Positions 23,101-32,963 of a stretch of DNA of 32,963 nt are shown here, in pieces. Location: the NCBI GenBank assembly GCA_001642005.1, contig LWCA01000306.1:1-32963 (forward strand), in the 5' to 3' direction. The notes beneath the pieces are model-generated. The model worked only from the letters and a program-made list of their open reading frames with translations. It did not search any database and had not been told where the DNA came from. The position numbers and the translations under genes are program-made. Source of the stretch: Intoshia linei. Its lineage: Eukaryota; Animalia; Orthonectida. Each line of letters starts with the position of its first letter. The first letter of the stretch is position 1.

Positions 23101-26100
23101 TTAAAATGTAAAATGTACATTAGGGTGTTCACCTTTGTCTGAGAAACAAGGGTGATTAGTAGTGTGTTCAACTTTTGTGAAAAGTACTGAGTTTTATTGA
23201 GTACTAATTTATTAATTATTTTAAGTACTTAGTTTTACCTTTACTGTGTTATTGGATTTTTTTGTACTGAGTTTTTAAACTCTACTTTTAAAAATAAACT
23301 CATTTTTAAAAATTATTAATTTTGCCAATCAGATTAAGTTTTTAATCAATTCATTAAATTGGAAAATTGCATTAAATAAATAATTAAATTATCAATACCT
23401 GCAACTAGTGCATCATTTGAAAGATTATTTTCTGCGGTAAGGTTATTCAAATCTATTCGTAGAATTAGGATTAAGCCAGAATTAATTGAAACTGAATTTT
23501 AAAATACAATAAAAACTTCATGTCAACCAAAAGTAATTTATAACTAATTTCTTGTTAATAAAAAATTTAATTATCTACTTTTAATGAGTCTATATGCAGT
23601 GTAGTTACTTATAAAATCCCGATATTATCTTCCTCTCAATATCAGTTATTTATTTATTGTAAATAATATAATTTATTTTCTATTTTCATTTAAAATCAGA
23701 AACATTACTTTTGTTTTGAATTTTTTACGTTTTGTTAACGAAAACCAAAAATTGATCAAATTTGTAAAGTACTTTTACTACAATTTGAAAAAAAGTACTT
23801 ATATTGAGTTTTCAAAAAAAAAATTTTTACTGAATTTTTATTTTGTAAAACTAAGTACTTAGTACTTTAAAAAGTTTCTAAAAAAAGTAAGTTGAACAGA
23901 CTAGTGTTTAGTAATGAATGTCTTCACTTGTGCGATATAACTATTACTATACAATTAAATAAATTAAAATTTAATATTCATCATACCGGAACCTTTTTAA
24001 ATACTATTTTAAATACATTTTAATTATTTACACATTAAATAATTTGAAATTACATGCTAATCATCGTTAACGGAATAATTACACCTCCAAAAAAATATTC
24101 CGTTGACGAGGAATTTTTTATAAATAATGTATACATTAAAACAGTAATTCCCGATTGGGGTCTAAAATTATATGCCTGGGGTCCGTGAGATTCAAATAAA
24201 ATATAGAAAAATTTTGATCAATTTTTTTTATTTTTTTCTGACATTTTTTGACTAAATTCTCTGGGTTTGGTGTGAGTAACTGGGTTTCGTAAAGGGAAAA
24301 TTTTTTCACTCAATTTTCAACGATTTTAAAGTTAATTTTGGGTTCAAAATTGGAGAGAGTTTTTAAGGGAATTTTTTTTGCCCATTTTTAAAATTTTCTA
24401 AAGATAATCTTAGTTCGAAAATTTTGTAGAGAATTTAAGAGAATATTTTTAACATTTAATTGTCTTCAAAATCTTTAAAAATTGAGTGAAACAGAATATA
24501 AATTGTTAGTGTGATGATTTTTATGGTTACTAATATACACATTTATTATAATAAGATAAAAGTAACTTTATTATTCAGAGATTTCTTAAAATGTTCATGA
24601 TTTTACAGAAATGTTTAATAAGGTATCTGTCAAATGTCTGACATTTAGGGTTTATTATTGACGAGTCTGACTGTATTCCGAAATATTCAAAATTTTTTTT
24701 AAATAATTAAATACATGTATTAACATAATTAATATAATATTAATGTATTAATTATTTTGAAATAAATAGTTACCATAATATATATTAGTTGAATTTTTTG
24801 AAAAATCAAATTTTGTAAAGTGACACTGCAAAAACTTTGTACCTTTAATAGGTAAAATTAATTGATTAATATTAATCAGTGGTGTAATTATCACACCCCG
24901 TAACATTTTATTTTCATCATTCACATTATAAATTACATTTCTGTACAGTAATGCAATTTGTGTTAATTTTGTTTCATCCCTTTCATAACCATCAACGGTG
25001 AAATTGTCACTAATTTTTTTACTTTCACCAATTTTACTTTTTAAATTTTTATTAAGTTGAGCATTTTCATTAATCTTATCTTTCTTATCGTTTGCGTCAA
25101 TATTATATTCTTTTGTCTTGACAATTATAGATTTTTCAATTGCGCCAACAGATAAAATGAATGAATGACATGTAATATTTGATTTATTTAAAATTTGGCT
25201 ATTTTTTTTGATAAGGTTGCTAATATCACTATAATTTTTTCCAAAATTTCCAAAATCCAATAAACTCAAATAAAAAAACGGTCTTTTCATTTTTTTTACT
25301 TTATAAATATCGTGATATGCGTCAGTCATTGTAAGACTACATCTTCTTTTATATTTAGCTGTATTTACATCAACTAAATTTGGATACGATAATATTTCTT
25401 GTTCGTAAATTCTTGGACTAATTAAAATAATTTTATGAAAATTTATAAATTTTTCTTGGTTATATTGAATATTTTCTTGTATTATTGTAGTGTTTCTCAA
25501 ATTTGATAGTTTTAATTTTAAAATATTTTTAGTTTTTTTATTTTGGTGTATTATTTTGCTATATTGATACTTTCTATTTTCAATAGATTCATTATTGTCT
25601 ATTTTTTTACAATACTGCGTCGATTCAACGTTCTTACTCTGATCAATAATTGCATTTGATTTCTCAGTTTCAATTAATTTATCATTATGACTTGACGTTA
25701 CGTATTCACCAACATTTTCCAGTTTCGATTGGTCAATTTGAATAATTTTATTCATTTCATCATTAATAATCCCTGAAGTTTCATTATCAATAGAACTTTC
25801 GGGTATATGCTTTGTATCTGATTTGTTTATCTGATTATTCTTAATTTTTTCATTTTCCTCAGTTTCTTGTTTTTTAATTACGTTTTCATCAGTTTTTACT
25901 TGTTTTAATTGAATCTTACTTGACGAGTCAGATTTAATTAGAGAATCGAATGATCTTGAATATATACCGGTCATTTTTACTTTTTTATTTTTGTTTTTCC
26001 AATTTTTTTTATTTTCATTTTCAACAAATTTAATTGGCAAATCAATGTCTTTGTAAGCTAATTTGTTACATCTTATTATGTCTGATGATACCTTAATTTT

Positions 26101-29100
26101 AAATTCTCTGTTTTTGTTTTTGATACAAATATTTTGATCAAATTCCAATACTTTGTTTTTTATATCATGGTCAGTATTTTCTCGATTACTATTTTTTTTG
26201 TATTTTAATGTTTCAATTTTATTTTTTTCGTTTTTGTTAAGGGCTTTTATTTCTTTTAATACGTTTGTTTGGACAATTTCATTGTATGTTCCATATTTAA
26301 TTGAACATTTATATATTCCTAAATGCCTTTCCTTTACGGAATCAATATGTAGCATGTGGCATGTTTCGTTTTTGAATGACAATGTGTTAATTTCCTCTAA
26401 TTATAAATTAATATTATATAATTATTGATTATATTATAATATATATAAAATTATTAATATATATATCTAAATATGTATATAATATTTTTTAAATTTTAAA
26501 TAGTGGATGTAGTCATCCTTCTCCAATTCTTTCAGCTCATTAACCTCTTAATGTTATTAATATATTTATTATTCTATTTCAGGTCGGTAAAATTTTGTAT
26601 CTCGTAATCACTTTTTCATATCAAAAAAAGTCTACTGGCTCTTTTTTAAAAATTTAAACATGATATATTTCAATTTTGACTAAATAGAAACGGTTCTAGT
26701 ATATTCAATAAAAATGAACAAACAAAATGATATCCATGGATATCTGAAAATTTAGAATTAAAATGATTATAATGAGCCAATTATGGTAGAAAATGTTTAA
26801 AATATGTTTAAAAATTTAAAAATAAATAATTTACATGTTTCCTCAAAAGGACACCAAAATTATTATGTGGACCACTATATTTATTTAAATTTATTTCAAA
26901 TAAATGTGTTTTAAAATTATTCTTCACAAACCCCGAGAAATTAGTTTATCATTCAAAAACCATATAGTTTCGCATGGTTGTAAAGTTTCCAATTGTAAAA
27001 ATAATTTTTCTTCAAGTTTGACAAATTCTTGACTTGGAAGATTTTGACTAATTATCGTAGAAAAGTTTTTTTTTACTTCTTTATTTAAATCTTGATTACT
27101 AGTTTCTCTAAAAGTAAATAATTGTATAGAATTTAACACAGATATGGATAAAAAATGTATTATTTTGTGAACCCTTCTTAGAGAAGTGGCTAGGGATATA
27201 TAACCATTACCCATTGTTAGAAAAAAATTTAGGGGCCTATTTTTCATTTTCGGTTGAAGTCGAGCTTGGTAGGTTCACATTTGATATATAACTCAGTATT
27301 ATATCAATTTTTCAATTAAAATTTATTAATTGTAAAATTCAAGAGTATTAATATACAATTACTCAATTCATACTCTAAAGTTGCCACATATTATTAAAAT
27401 TTTCAAAACATAAAACCACGATTTAGAATGCATTTTCTTATTCATTTTAGGGACGCTACCTGTATTATCCACAAATCATGGGCACGTCAACACGTGCTAA
27501 ATGGTTTTATTATGATTTGGATTGTGATATGTTTCAACAATAAATATTACATTTGACAATTTTTATTTTCAGGAATCGAGTTTTTGATCCAATTTTTAAT
27601 TGTCAAATTTTTCTTACTTTCATTTTCTTCGACGTCCTAAATGCATAATTTATATTATTTTAATCTAAATCAGTAGTTCTTAAGAGTCATGTGGTCCCCT
27701 TAAGGTTTACAGGATAAATATTATTATATATAATATATATAAATATAGGAAAAAAGATTTTACCTTAAATTAAGTCTCAATGGTTGATAAAAATTGATTT
27801 TTTTTGGGTTAGATTAAAATAGTTTTGTCATAAAGTTTTTTGTCAAATCGTAAGAAGGGAATTTTTACATAAAGAGCTTGAAATGGTATTTTGTATTAAA
27901 TATTATTACATTTTATTAATAATGGGATAAAAGTATTATTTTTAAAATAATAATTTAGTGGTCGTTTAAGCTTAGGGATAAAATCTCCACATCCGGCAAC
28001 TCTATAATCATATATTTTACAAAAATAAAATAATTTTTTCATTTTTCTGGCAATAAAACCAGAAAAGATGGTAACACCTTCGCCCATGCAGATATAATAA
28101 TTAATTATATATTTATTGACTAGTTAGTGATAAATATTTGATAATTTTTCTTAGAAATTAAATTTTAAATGATATAAAATTGGGAACCCTTGTTCAATTA
28201 AATCTATAATGTAAATATCTTTAAAAAAATTACAATATCATCTTTTGAAATGTTCAAAGTTTTTGTATATTTTACATTTACAACATGTTGCTTTATTAAA
28301 TCTTTATTTTTATTAATAAACTGAATATTGTATCTATTAAAATCGTTCTCTTCTTTTTCATGGTATTTTATTATTATCATTAATGATTCCTTCTCATTGA
28401 TAGTGTATCTACAATAAAATTTAAATTAAAACTATATTTACGTTTAATTTATTCATATTAACATAATATTTATAATATGAAGTTGATAGTTTTTATTTCA
28501 TTTGTTTTATTTTACCTATTTTATTAGCATTATTATTATTTTATTTTTTATATTGTTTTGTATTACCCATCATGATTCAATATTTCATCATTTTTTAATA
28601 TTTGTATTTCATATTCTGTAGCTAGTGCTCCCAGTTCTATTTTCAGGTCCTTTCCTTTTTCTATTTCTATTAATGAAGATACATCTAAAATTCCATAAAA
28701 TAATAACAATAAAATTATAAATATCAACGCATAACTAAATAATCAATGTACTTTTAACGTATAACTAATATATTAAAAAAATGGGAAAATTAGTTTCATA
28801 ATAGAAATGAGACCCATAAGGTAAATTAATATTTGTACACCATTTTAATAATTATTCCTTGCATAATAATGCATGCCTCGTAATCTCTGTAATGGTAATC
28901 TGACAGTGGGATAAGTCGCTGATATGTTGACTTAAAGTGTAATTAGTACTTACTAATTAGACCTGAACGTTTAAAAAAATGAAAGTTTAATGTTTATCGT
29001 TTAAACGTTAACGCAACTTTATACAATATAAACAATACAACATCTATATAAATATTACATCAATATGATTTAAAATTTAAATTGTTAAAAAATTTATTTT

Positions 29101-32100
29101 TAAAATTACTTTCAATTTCTAAACTTTTAAATTCTTGGTTGAATTTTTGCATTAATTCATTTTGAGATTGATCAATTGGCAGAGACTAAATTTATGTTAA
29201 TTTGAAATAGATAAATGCATGGTTAATAAAATTCAATTATAATTATTATAATTATCATTATAAATTTAACTTAGTCAGTTTTACAAATAAAACGGACTAT
29301 ATCCATACAGTTGATAATTTGGTTGATTTGTTCCGGAGGGTTTTAATTATAGATTTGACGGGTTGGGAATGAAATAAATCAGCTGAATTCAATTTAGGTA
29401 CCAATTAAATTTTACTAAATTCTTTGAATCGGTTCTCAGTCACCGGTCCCATTCAAATATATAAGGGTTTTATATATCCATTAGATATTATCCAGATTAT
29501 AAATTCACAAATAATTTAACTAAGAAAATTACGTATAAATTCCCCATTAATGGACTTTTATATATTGCATCAATTTTTTCCAAATGTATTTCACTTGAAT
29601 CGTTATAATTACCTAAATAGTGTTATATATTTTATTTGAATAACAATATAATTTATCCCATGATATCATATTTTTTCAATTTGAATCAATTTTTCAACTG
29701 AATGTCAGTTATAGAGTAAATTAGACAAAAATTGAAAATAAAAATGTGTTTTTTGAATTTCTCAAAAATTAAAAGTTTATAAACCTTGATATTTAATACT
29801 TGGAACAATATTCAAATCTTTTCATATTGACTATACTGTATATATAAGTTATATATAACTATTTATGCATTTATTCTACTTTAATAATGTAAATTATATA
29901 TACTTAAAAAATGATATCAAAACAACTCAAATACGATTATAAGTTTGTATACTGTTGGATTACAATCATCAAAATCCACGTTTGATATAAGACAAAAATT
30001 ATAAAACTTTTCAAAAAAAGTATAATTTAACAAAGTCAATTATACACAATTTTGATTTAGAATTTATAAAAGAGAATTATTTCTTAAAAATTTAATGTAA
30101 TGCTAGGTAATATGGTAATTATGATATTTCTGTAAACCAAATTTTTCGAATGGTGCGTCCTGGCGTATTTCTGCGTCTAGCAAATTTTATGTGCTCAATC
30201 AAAAATTAAAAACGAGCTATACACCGTTTCACATTAAGTTATGTAAATCAGATTTTTTTGTTCTGAAATAAATTTTTTTCTTAAATTATTAAATTTTTAT
30301 TAAGAAAAAATTTGATTTCAATTGACCCAACTACAATTTCAGATTTCTATATCCATAGAATTATTCAAAATCTCCAATTTAGGTTTAATTAATTCAAAAT
30401 CAGCAATCTAATTCCAACTTCCACATCAATATTCAATCATATTCAATATTCTCTCCACAACTAGCCAATTCTTTAACTCTCCTTTAATTTATAATATAAA
30501 CTAAGTTTTAAAACCATTTTTCACAATAATAAGTTAAGTTATTTTGTATTATATTTTACAATTTAATTTTTAATTTTTACAAAATATATTACTAAAAAAT
30601 TTCGCGGGCCACACAATTTGATCTGGAGGGCCGCATGCCATCCGCGTGGCATGCCTTAGACCACTCTGATTTACAATATAAAAAAAATATTAAATTTAAA
30701 ACCACCTATACAAATTTAAGAAAAAATATAATAATTTTACCTTTACTACAATTTACTCTAATTTTTTGATTGATGGAAACATTTGAAGAAGAATAAATTG
30801 TATTTTTTTTAGAAATGTTTAGACTCTTTGATATATTCAAACTTTTTAAATTATATTTAGAACTTTTAAACGTATTTTGAGATATGAAATTTAGGGAATC
30901 ATTTGTATTGTAAATAAAATTTTGGGATTTTAAAAAATTTTTAATTTGATGTTTAAAATCTTTGAATCCAAATTCATTGTAACATCCTTCAAAATTCTGT
31001 GATTCCTTTACGGAATAATAAAAATCTTTTAAAATATATTCAATATCTTGGCGTTTTTGTAATTTATACATCTAAATAACCTCGAATTAGTATAAACCAG
31101 TGATTATTAATAGAACACTGCACGTGCCAAAATTGTCAGGTTCTTACCCATTACCCATTGTCAGGCTCTTTAGCTATACTTTAATCGAGTCAAATGGAGG
31201 AATGTTAAAAAAATTCCTGATTTGTAGTTTAGTGTTATAAATTTATATAATTATAAATTATTAATTAATAAGGTATTTTTCGAAAATTTCTTACAAATTT
31301 TACATATAATGTACAATGTATTTACAATTTTGTCATTTTTATGATACAGTATCAAAAATACTAAATATATTTCTCAGCACAATCGCTATTATAAGCTTAA
31401 AAAATGAAAAGTGTCTACAGATCCCTGCCAAGGAAAATTATAACGGTGGCTACATTTGAGTAATATAATCTTCTTACTGAAATAAATAATACATCCGGGA
31501 AAATGATGGCTCGATCATTTTAAAATTTGTTTCCATTGATCGATGATTATCGATCATGATTCATGACACTAATTAAAATTACTAATTAGTGATTACATTG
31601 TATATATTGGATAACAAAATATTGTTCATTTTTAAAAATTCCTTCCGAGCATAAAGCACATTTAACGCAAATTCCCATGTATTTTCAAAAGATCTCAAAG
31701 CATTCTGTTGATATTCATCAATTTCATACGATTCCATTAGAAAGGTATTTAAATTTTTTTGTAAAATTTTTAAACAGTGTTTTCTATATGATTCCTTTTT
31801 GGACTAATTAATTAACGGTTAAAATTTACATTTTATCTTAATATAATTATTCTACCTCAAATAAATTTATAAATTTGCTAAATCTTTCGATAGACCATTT
31901 TAGTGATTTTTTTGTATCGTAAAATTTCAGAAATGGAGGTTCAAATTGTTCAATTGTGCTAATTATTTTGTCATATTTCTAAAAGGGTAAATTTTATTTT
32001 TTCCATTAATATGTACTGATATCAGTATTACATTTATACATCATTGTTAACAAACCTCGTAGTATGAAATAATCATGCATTGATCCGGTGGTAACTGAAC

Positions 32101-32130
32101 AGAAATTTTATTACATTCAACGGGTTTCAT
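9097..32130 (-). CDS. Titin-like multi-domain protein, ~2741 aa, 19 exons (CCDC141/Zormin-like head, Ig-like domains, low-complexity spacers, ~5 FN3 domains; Sallimus-like order)
   Basis: Phase-consistent GT-AG exon chain: 32130-32056, 31978-31856, 31803-31597, 31071-30741, 29612-29533, 29185-29110, 28684-28567, 28408-28234, 27636-27551, 27107-26932, 26396-24774, 22986-22514, 19726-17167, 16649-16374, 12634-11465, 11137-11012, 10002-9811, 9558-9268, 9164-9097 (TAA). Total 8226 nt, divisible by 3. It joins nine minus-strand ORFs of the track. Ig motif IWFLNDKLI...LHIDSVKERHLGIYKCSI; FN3 motif PPRG...LILCWNHP...YVVEVK...W...IRIFSENRRGRSAP. The start ATG (32130) has an in-frame stop upstream, but further 5' exons cannot be excluded. 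Confidence 0.8.
10203..10365. repeat. 32-bp direct repeat pair
   Basis: tcagatca(a/t)ttccgtcacaattagcatgttat at 10203-10234 and 10334-10365, one mismatch. Confidence 0.8.
11161..11424 (+). mobile_element. Helitron 3' half
   Basis: Ends CTGTTTGTAC-GTA-GTACAAAACAG-TCAAC-CTAG^T; reverse-complement similarity to 14318-14580; no family 5' terminus within this 327-bp intron. Confidence 0.72.
11465..12634 (-). CDS. Exon 15 of the titin-like gene (two FN3-like segments)
   Basis: 379-aa ORF extended to the acceptor at 12636-12635: NYSIYYRKLDEDWIPL continues the FN3 begun in exon 14; later INVDYVDINHFRLSWD...YMVYIK...GIYYIKVS. Confidence 0.8.
14110..14159. mobile_element. 50-bp hAT micro-MITE
   Basis: CTTGAATTCTTAACCT...AGGTTAAGAACCCATG; flanks TACTAGAG / TACTAGCA (6/8, central TA). 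Confidence 0.55.
14318..16194 (-). mobile_element. Non-autonomous Helitron, longest copy (1877 bp), in intron 14 of the titin-like gene
   Basis: 5' A^TCCTAACTTATATAATATGCG at 16194 followed by a (GT)n/GTCT microsatellite (16135-16160); 3' hairpin and CTAG^T at 14321-14318; no Rep/Helicase ORF. Confidence 0.78.
14647..14914. repeat. Nested tandem duplications inside the Helitron (54-bp unit; ~110-bp unit)
   Basis: aatcctaaaaattgtcataaatagcataaattcc occurs three times (~14650, ~14704, ~14815); the following ctattttg...tgtgatg...catatattcag block occurs twice. Confidence 0.85.
16374..16649 (-). CDS. Exon 14 of the titin-like gene (FN3-like)
   Basis: ORF 16270..16605 region; YCLSWKKP motif; phase 1/1 splice sites. 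Confidence 0.75.
17167..19726 (-). CDS. Exon 13 of the titin-like gene (2560 bp; charged low-complexity spacer and start of the first FN3-like domain)
   Basis: 844-aa ORF extended 30 nt to the acceptor at 19728-19727; donor CAG|GTTAAA at 17166; ends in LHLKWTYSP...IQIYSQPNSTWSV. Confidence 0.85.
20773..20922 (-). repeat. 21-bp tandem array next to a dispersed repeat end also present at window positions 6-58
   Basis: About 4-5 degenerate 21-bp units (attctt.ttttgaa.ttt...); 20880-20920 is the reverse complement of the ccaaa...aaatgtggtgtgttaattttga segment at the window start. Confidence 0.6.
21316..21439. mobile_element. hAT-type MITE (124 bp)
   Basis: Ends CAGAGGTTCCCAAC / GTTAAGAACCATAG (degenerate); TSD CTTTAAGA / CTTTAAAA. 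Confidence 0.6.
21607..21867. mobile_element. Putative MITE, superfamily unclear
   Basis: Inverted ends GCCGAACCTACC / GGTAGGTTCAGC; the left ~40 bp recurs inverted at ~27240-27278; no convincing TSD. Confidence 0.45.
21942..22384. mobile_element. hAT-type MITE (443 bp)
   Basis: TIR CAGTGGTTGTCAAA / TTTGGCCACCACTG; TSD ATTTAAGG / ATTTAACG with central TA. Confidence 0.72.
22514..22986 (-). CDS. Exon 12 of the titin-like gene
   Basis: ORF 22478..22975 with acceptor at 22988-22987 and donor AAG|GTATTT; phase 1 in, phase 0 out. Confidence 0.75.
23160..23903. mobile_element. hAT-type MITE (744 bp, Ac-like target pattern)
   Basis: TIR TAGTGTGTTCAACTT / AAGTTGAACAGACTA; TSD GTGATTAG / GTGTTTAG (nTnnnnAn); multiple subterminal AGTACT motifs at both ends. 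Confidence 0.75.
24774..26396 (-). CDS. Exon 11 of the titin-like gene (Ig C-terminal half plus K/N/E-rich spacer)
   Basis: 544-aa ORF 24748..26382 bounded by AG (26398-26397) and GT (24773-24772); begins with the I-set-like E/F-strand motif LHIDSVKERHLGIYKC. Confidence 0.8.
26932..28684 (-). CDS. Exons 7-10 of the titin-like gene: degenerate Ig-like domains
   Basis: Exons 28684-28567, 28408-28234, 27636-27551 and 27107-26932 translate as IEIEKGKDLKIEL...IQILKNDEILNHDGYTI...DFNRYNIQFIN and QNLPSQEFVKLEEKLFLQLETLQPCETIWFLNDKLIS. Junction phases 1/2/0/2/1 all fit. Confidence 0.6.
30741..31071 (-). CDS. Exon 4 of the titin-like gene
   Basis: AG acceptor at 31073-31072, GT donor at 30740-30739; overlaps ORF 30706..31071; phase 0 in, phase 1 out, matching both neighbours. 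Confidence 0.7.
31597..32130 (-). CDS. Exons 1-3 of the titin-like gene: CCDC141/Zormin-like N-terminal helical domain
   Basis: Three phase-0-joined exons (introns of 77 and 52 bp) give MKPVECNKISVQLPPDQCMIISYYE|KYDKIISTIEQFEPPFLKFYDT...LFE|SKKES...SFENTWEFALNVLYARKEFLKMNN. The W-x8-R-x3-L pattern resembles a spectrin-repeat helix. Not in the ORF track. Confidence 0.65.
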
Positions 32131-32963
32131 GGAAAACTTTTTATGTATTTAATTGTGTATTTGTCTGATTAATTTAATATCAATCTTCAGTGAATTTTAA
32201 AATTGATCAAATTCAATGTATTTGATGGACACATTTGTACTTGGATTTATTTAGACTGTTTTAAATTTACATATCAATTACGTCTACTGTTTTTGTTTGA
32301 GCTGAAAGTTATATTTTCTCTGATTATGGATATTTAAGGCAGACAACCTATGTATATATTATTTGCATAATAATTTTTTAATTTCAATATAGTCATGAAT
32401 CATGATATATAATCATTGATGAATGTTCATTATAATTATGACTATTGATTTTAGATTTTTTTTTAAATATCTAGTCATTTTATGATAAAGAATGACGATT
32501 AATTTGTTTTATTTAAAATAATGAATTTATTTTCTTAAAAAATTAAATAATACGAAAAATTCTGTCGACATTTTAAATTAATCTCAATCTTCAATTTCTA
32601 AGTATAAATAATATTATTAATGTGCTAATGTAATATAAATAAACAATTTATATTACATACCCATTAAGCCCTAATGATTAGGAAGTGCACGTTTTTAAAG
32701 AACAAAAGAATTTTTTGCGTATAGGTGTTTTTTTGTGTGCTGACCACAAATAAGCAAAAATTAATGCGTTTAATTGAAATTTTCTGTCTATATTTTCAGG
32801 GTAGCCAACATTAATTATTCTTAATCCTGAGTTTTGAGCGAAGCGTGAAAATTTTTTGTGGGCCCTCTTTTACTTTGGGGTCTCTTTCTCAAAAAATAAC
32901 AGTTTACATACAATTTTTATTGCAAATTTCAAAATGAATACTTTAAATTTTTCATAACAAATA

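Noticed and set aside
26153-26428. Plus-strand 91-aa ORF
   Set aside because: Antisense shadow of exon 11.
27671-28192. Possible MITE containing ORF 27896..28087
   Set aside because: hAT-like ends are degenerate and the flanks do not form a TSD; the ORF has no motif.
30600-30668. GC-rich hairpin GCATGCCA-TCCGCG-TGGCATGC resembling a terminator or ncRNA
   Set aside because: Context fits the subterminal end of a hAT-like relic in an intron; no partner end was defined and there is no RNA-gene signature.

Overview
Very AT-rich (roughly three-quarters A+T by eye) eukaryotic, most likely animal, genomic DNA with GT-AG introns. By splicing by hand and checking reading-frame phase at each junction I reconstruct three minus-strand genes. 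(1) A 19-exon, ~2741-aa titin-like muscle/cytoskeletal gene (32130..9097) with an N-terminal CCDC141/Zormin-like helical (spectrin-type) head, degenerate Ig-like domains, long K/E/N/D/I-rich spacers, about five C-terminal FN3-like domains and no kinase. (2) A 5-exon, 129-aa Cys/His-rich gene (6784..5473) that the ORF track misses. (3) A 4-exon CTDSPL2/SCP-family (FCP1-homology, DxDxT) phosphatase (5412..2085). Introns and intergenic DNA contain a non-autonomous Helitron family (TC...hairpin-CTAG, inserted at A^T) and several hAT-type MITEs with 8-bp TSDs. No rRNA, tRNA, CRISPR or transposase ORF was recognised. All gene models are manual predictions without transcript evidence, and homology calls come from recalled motifs, not database searches.
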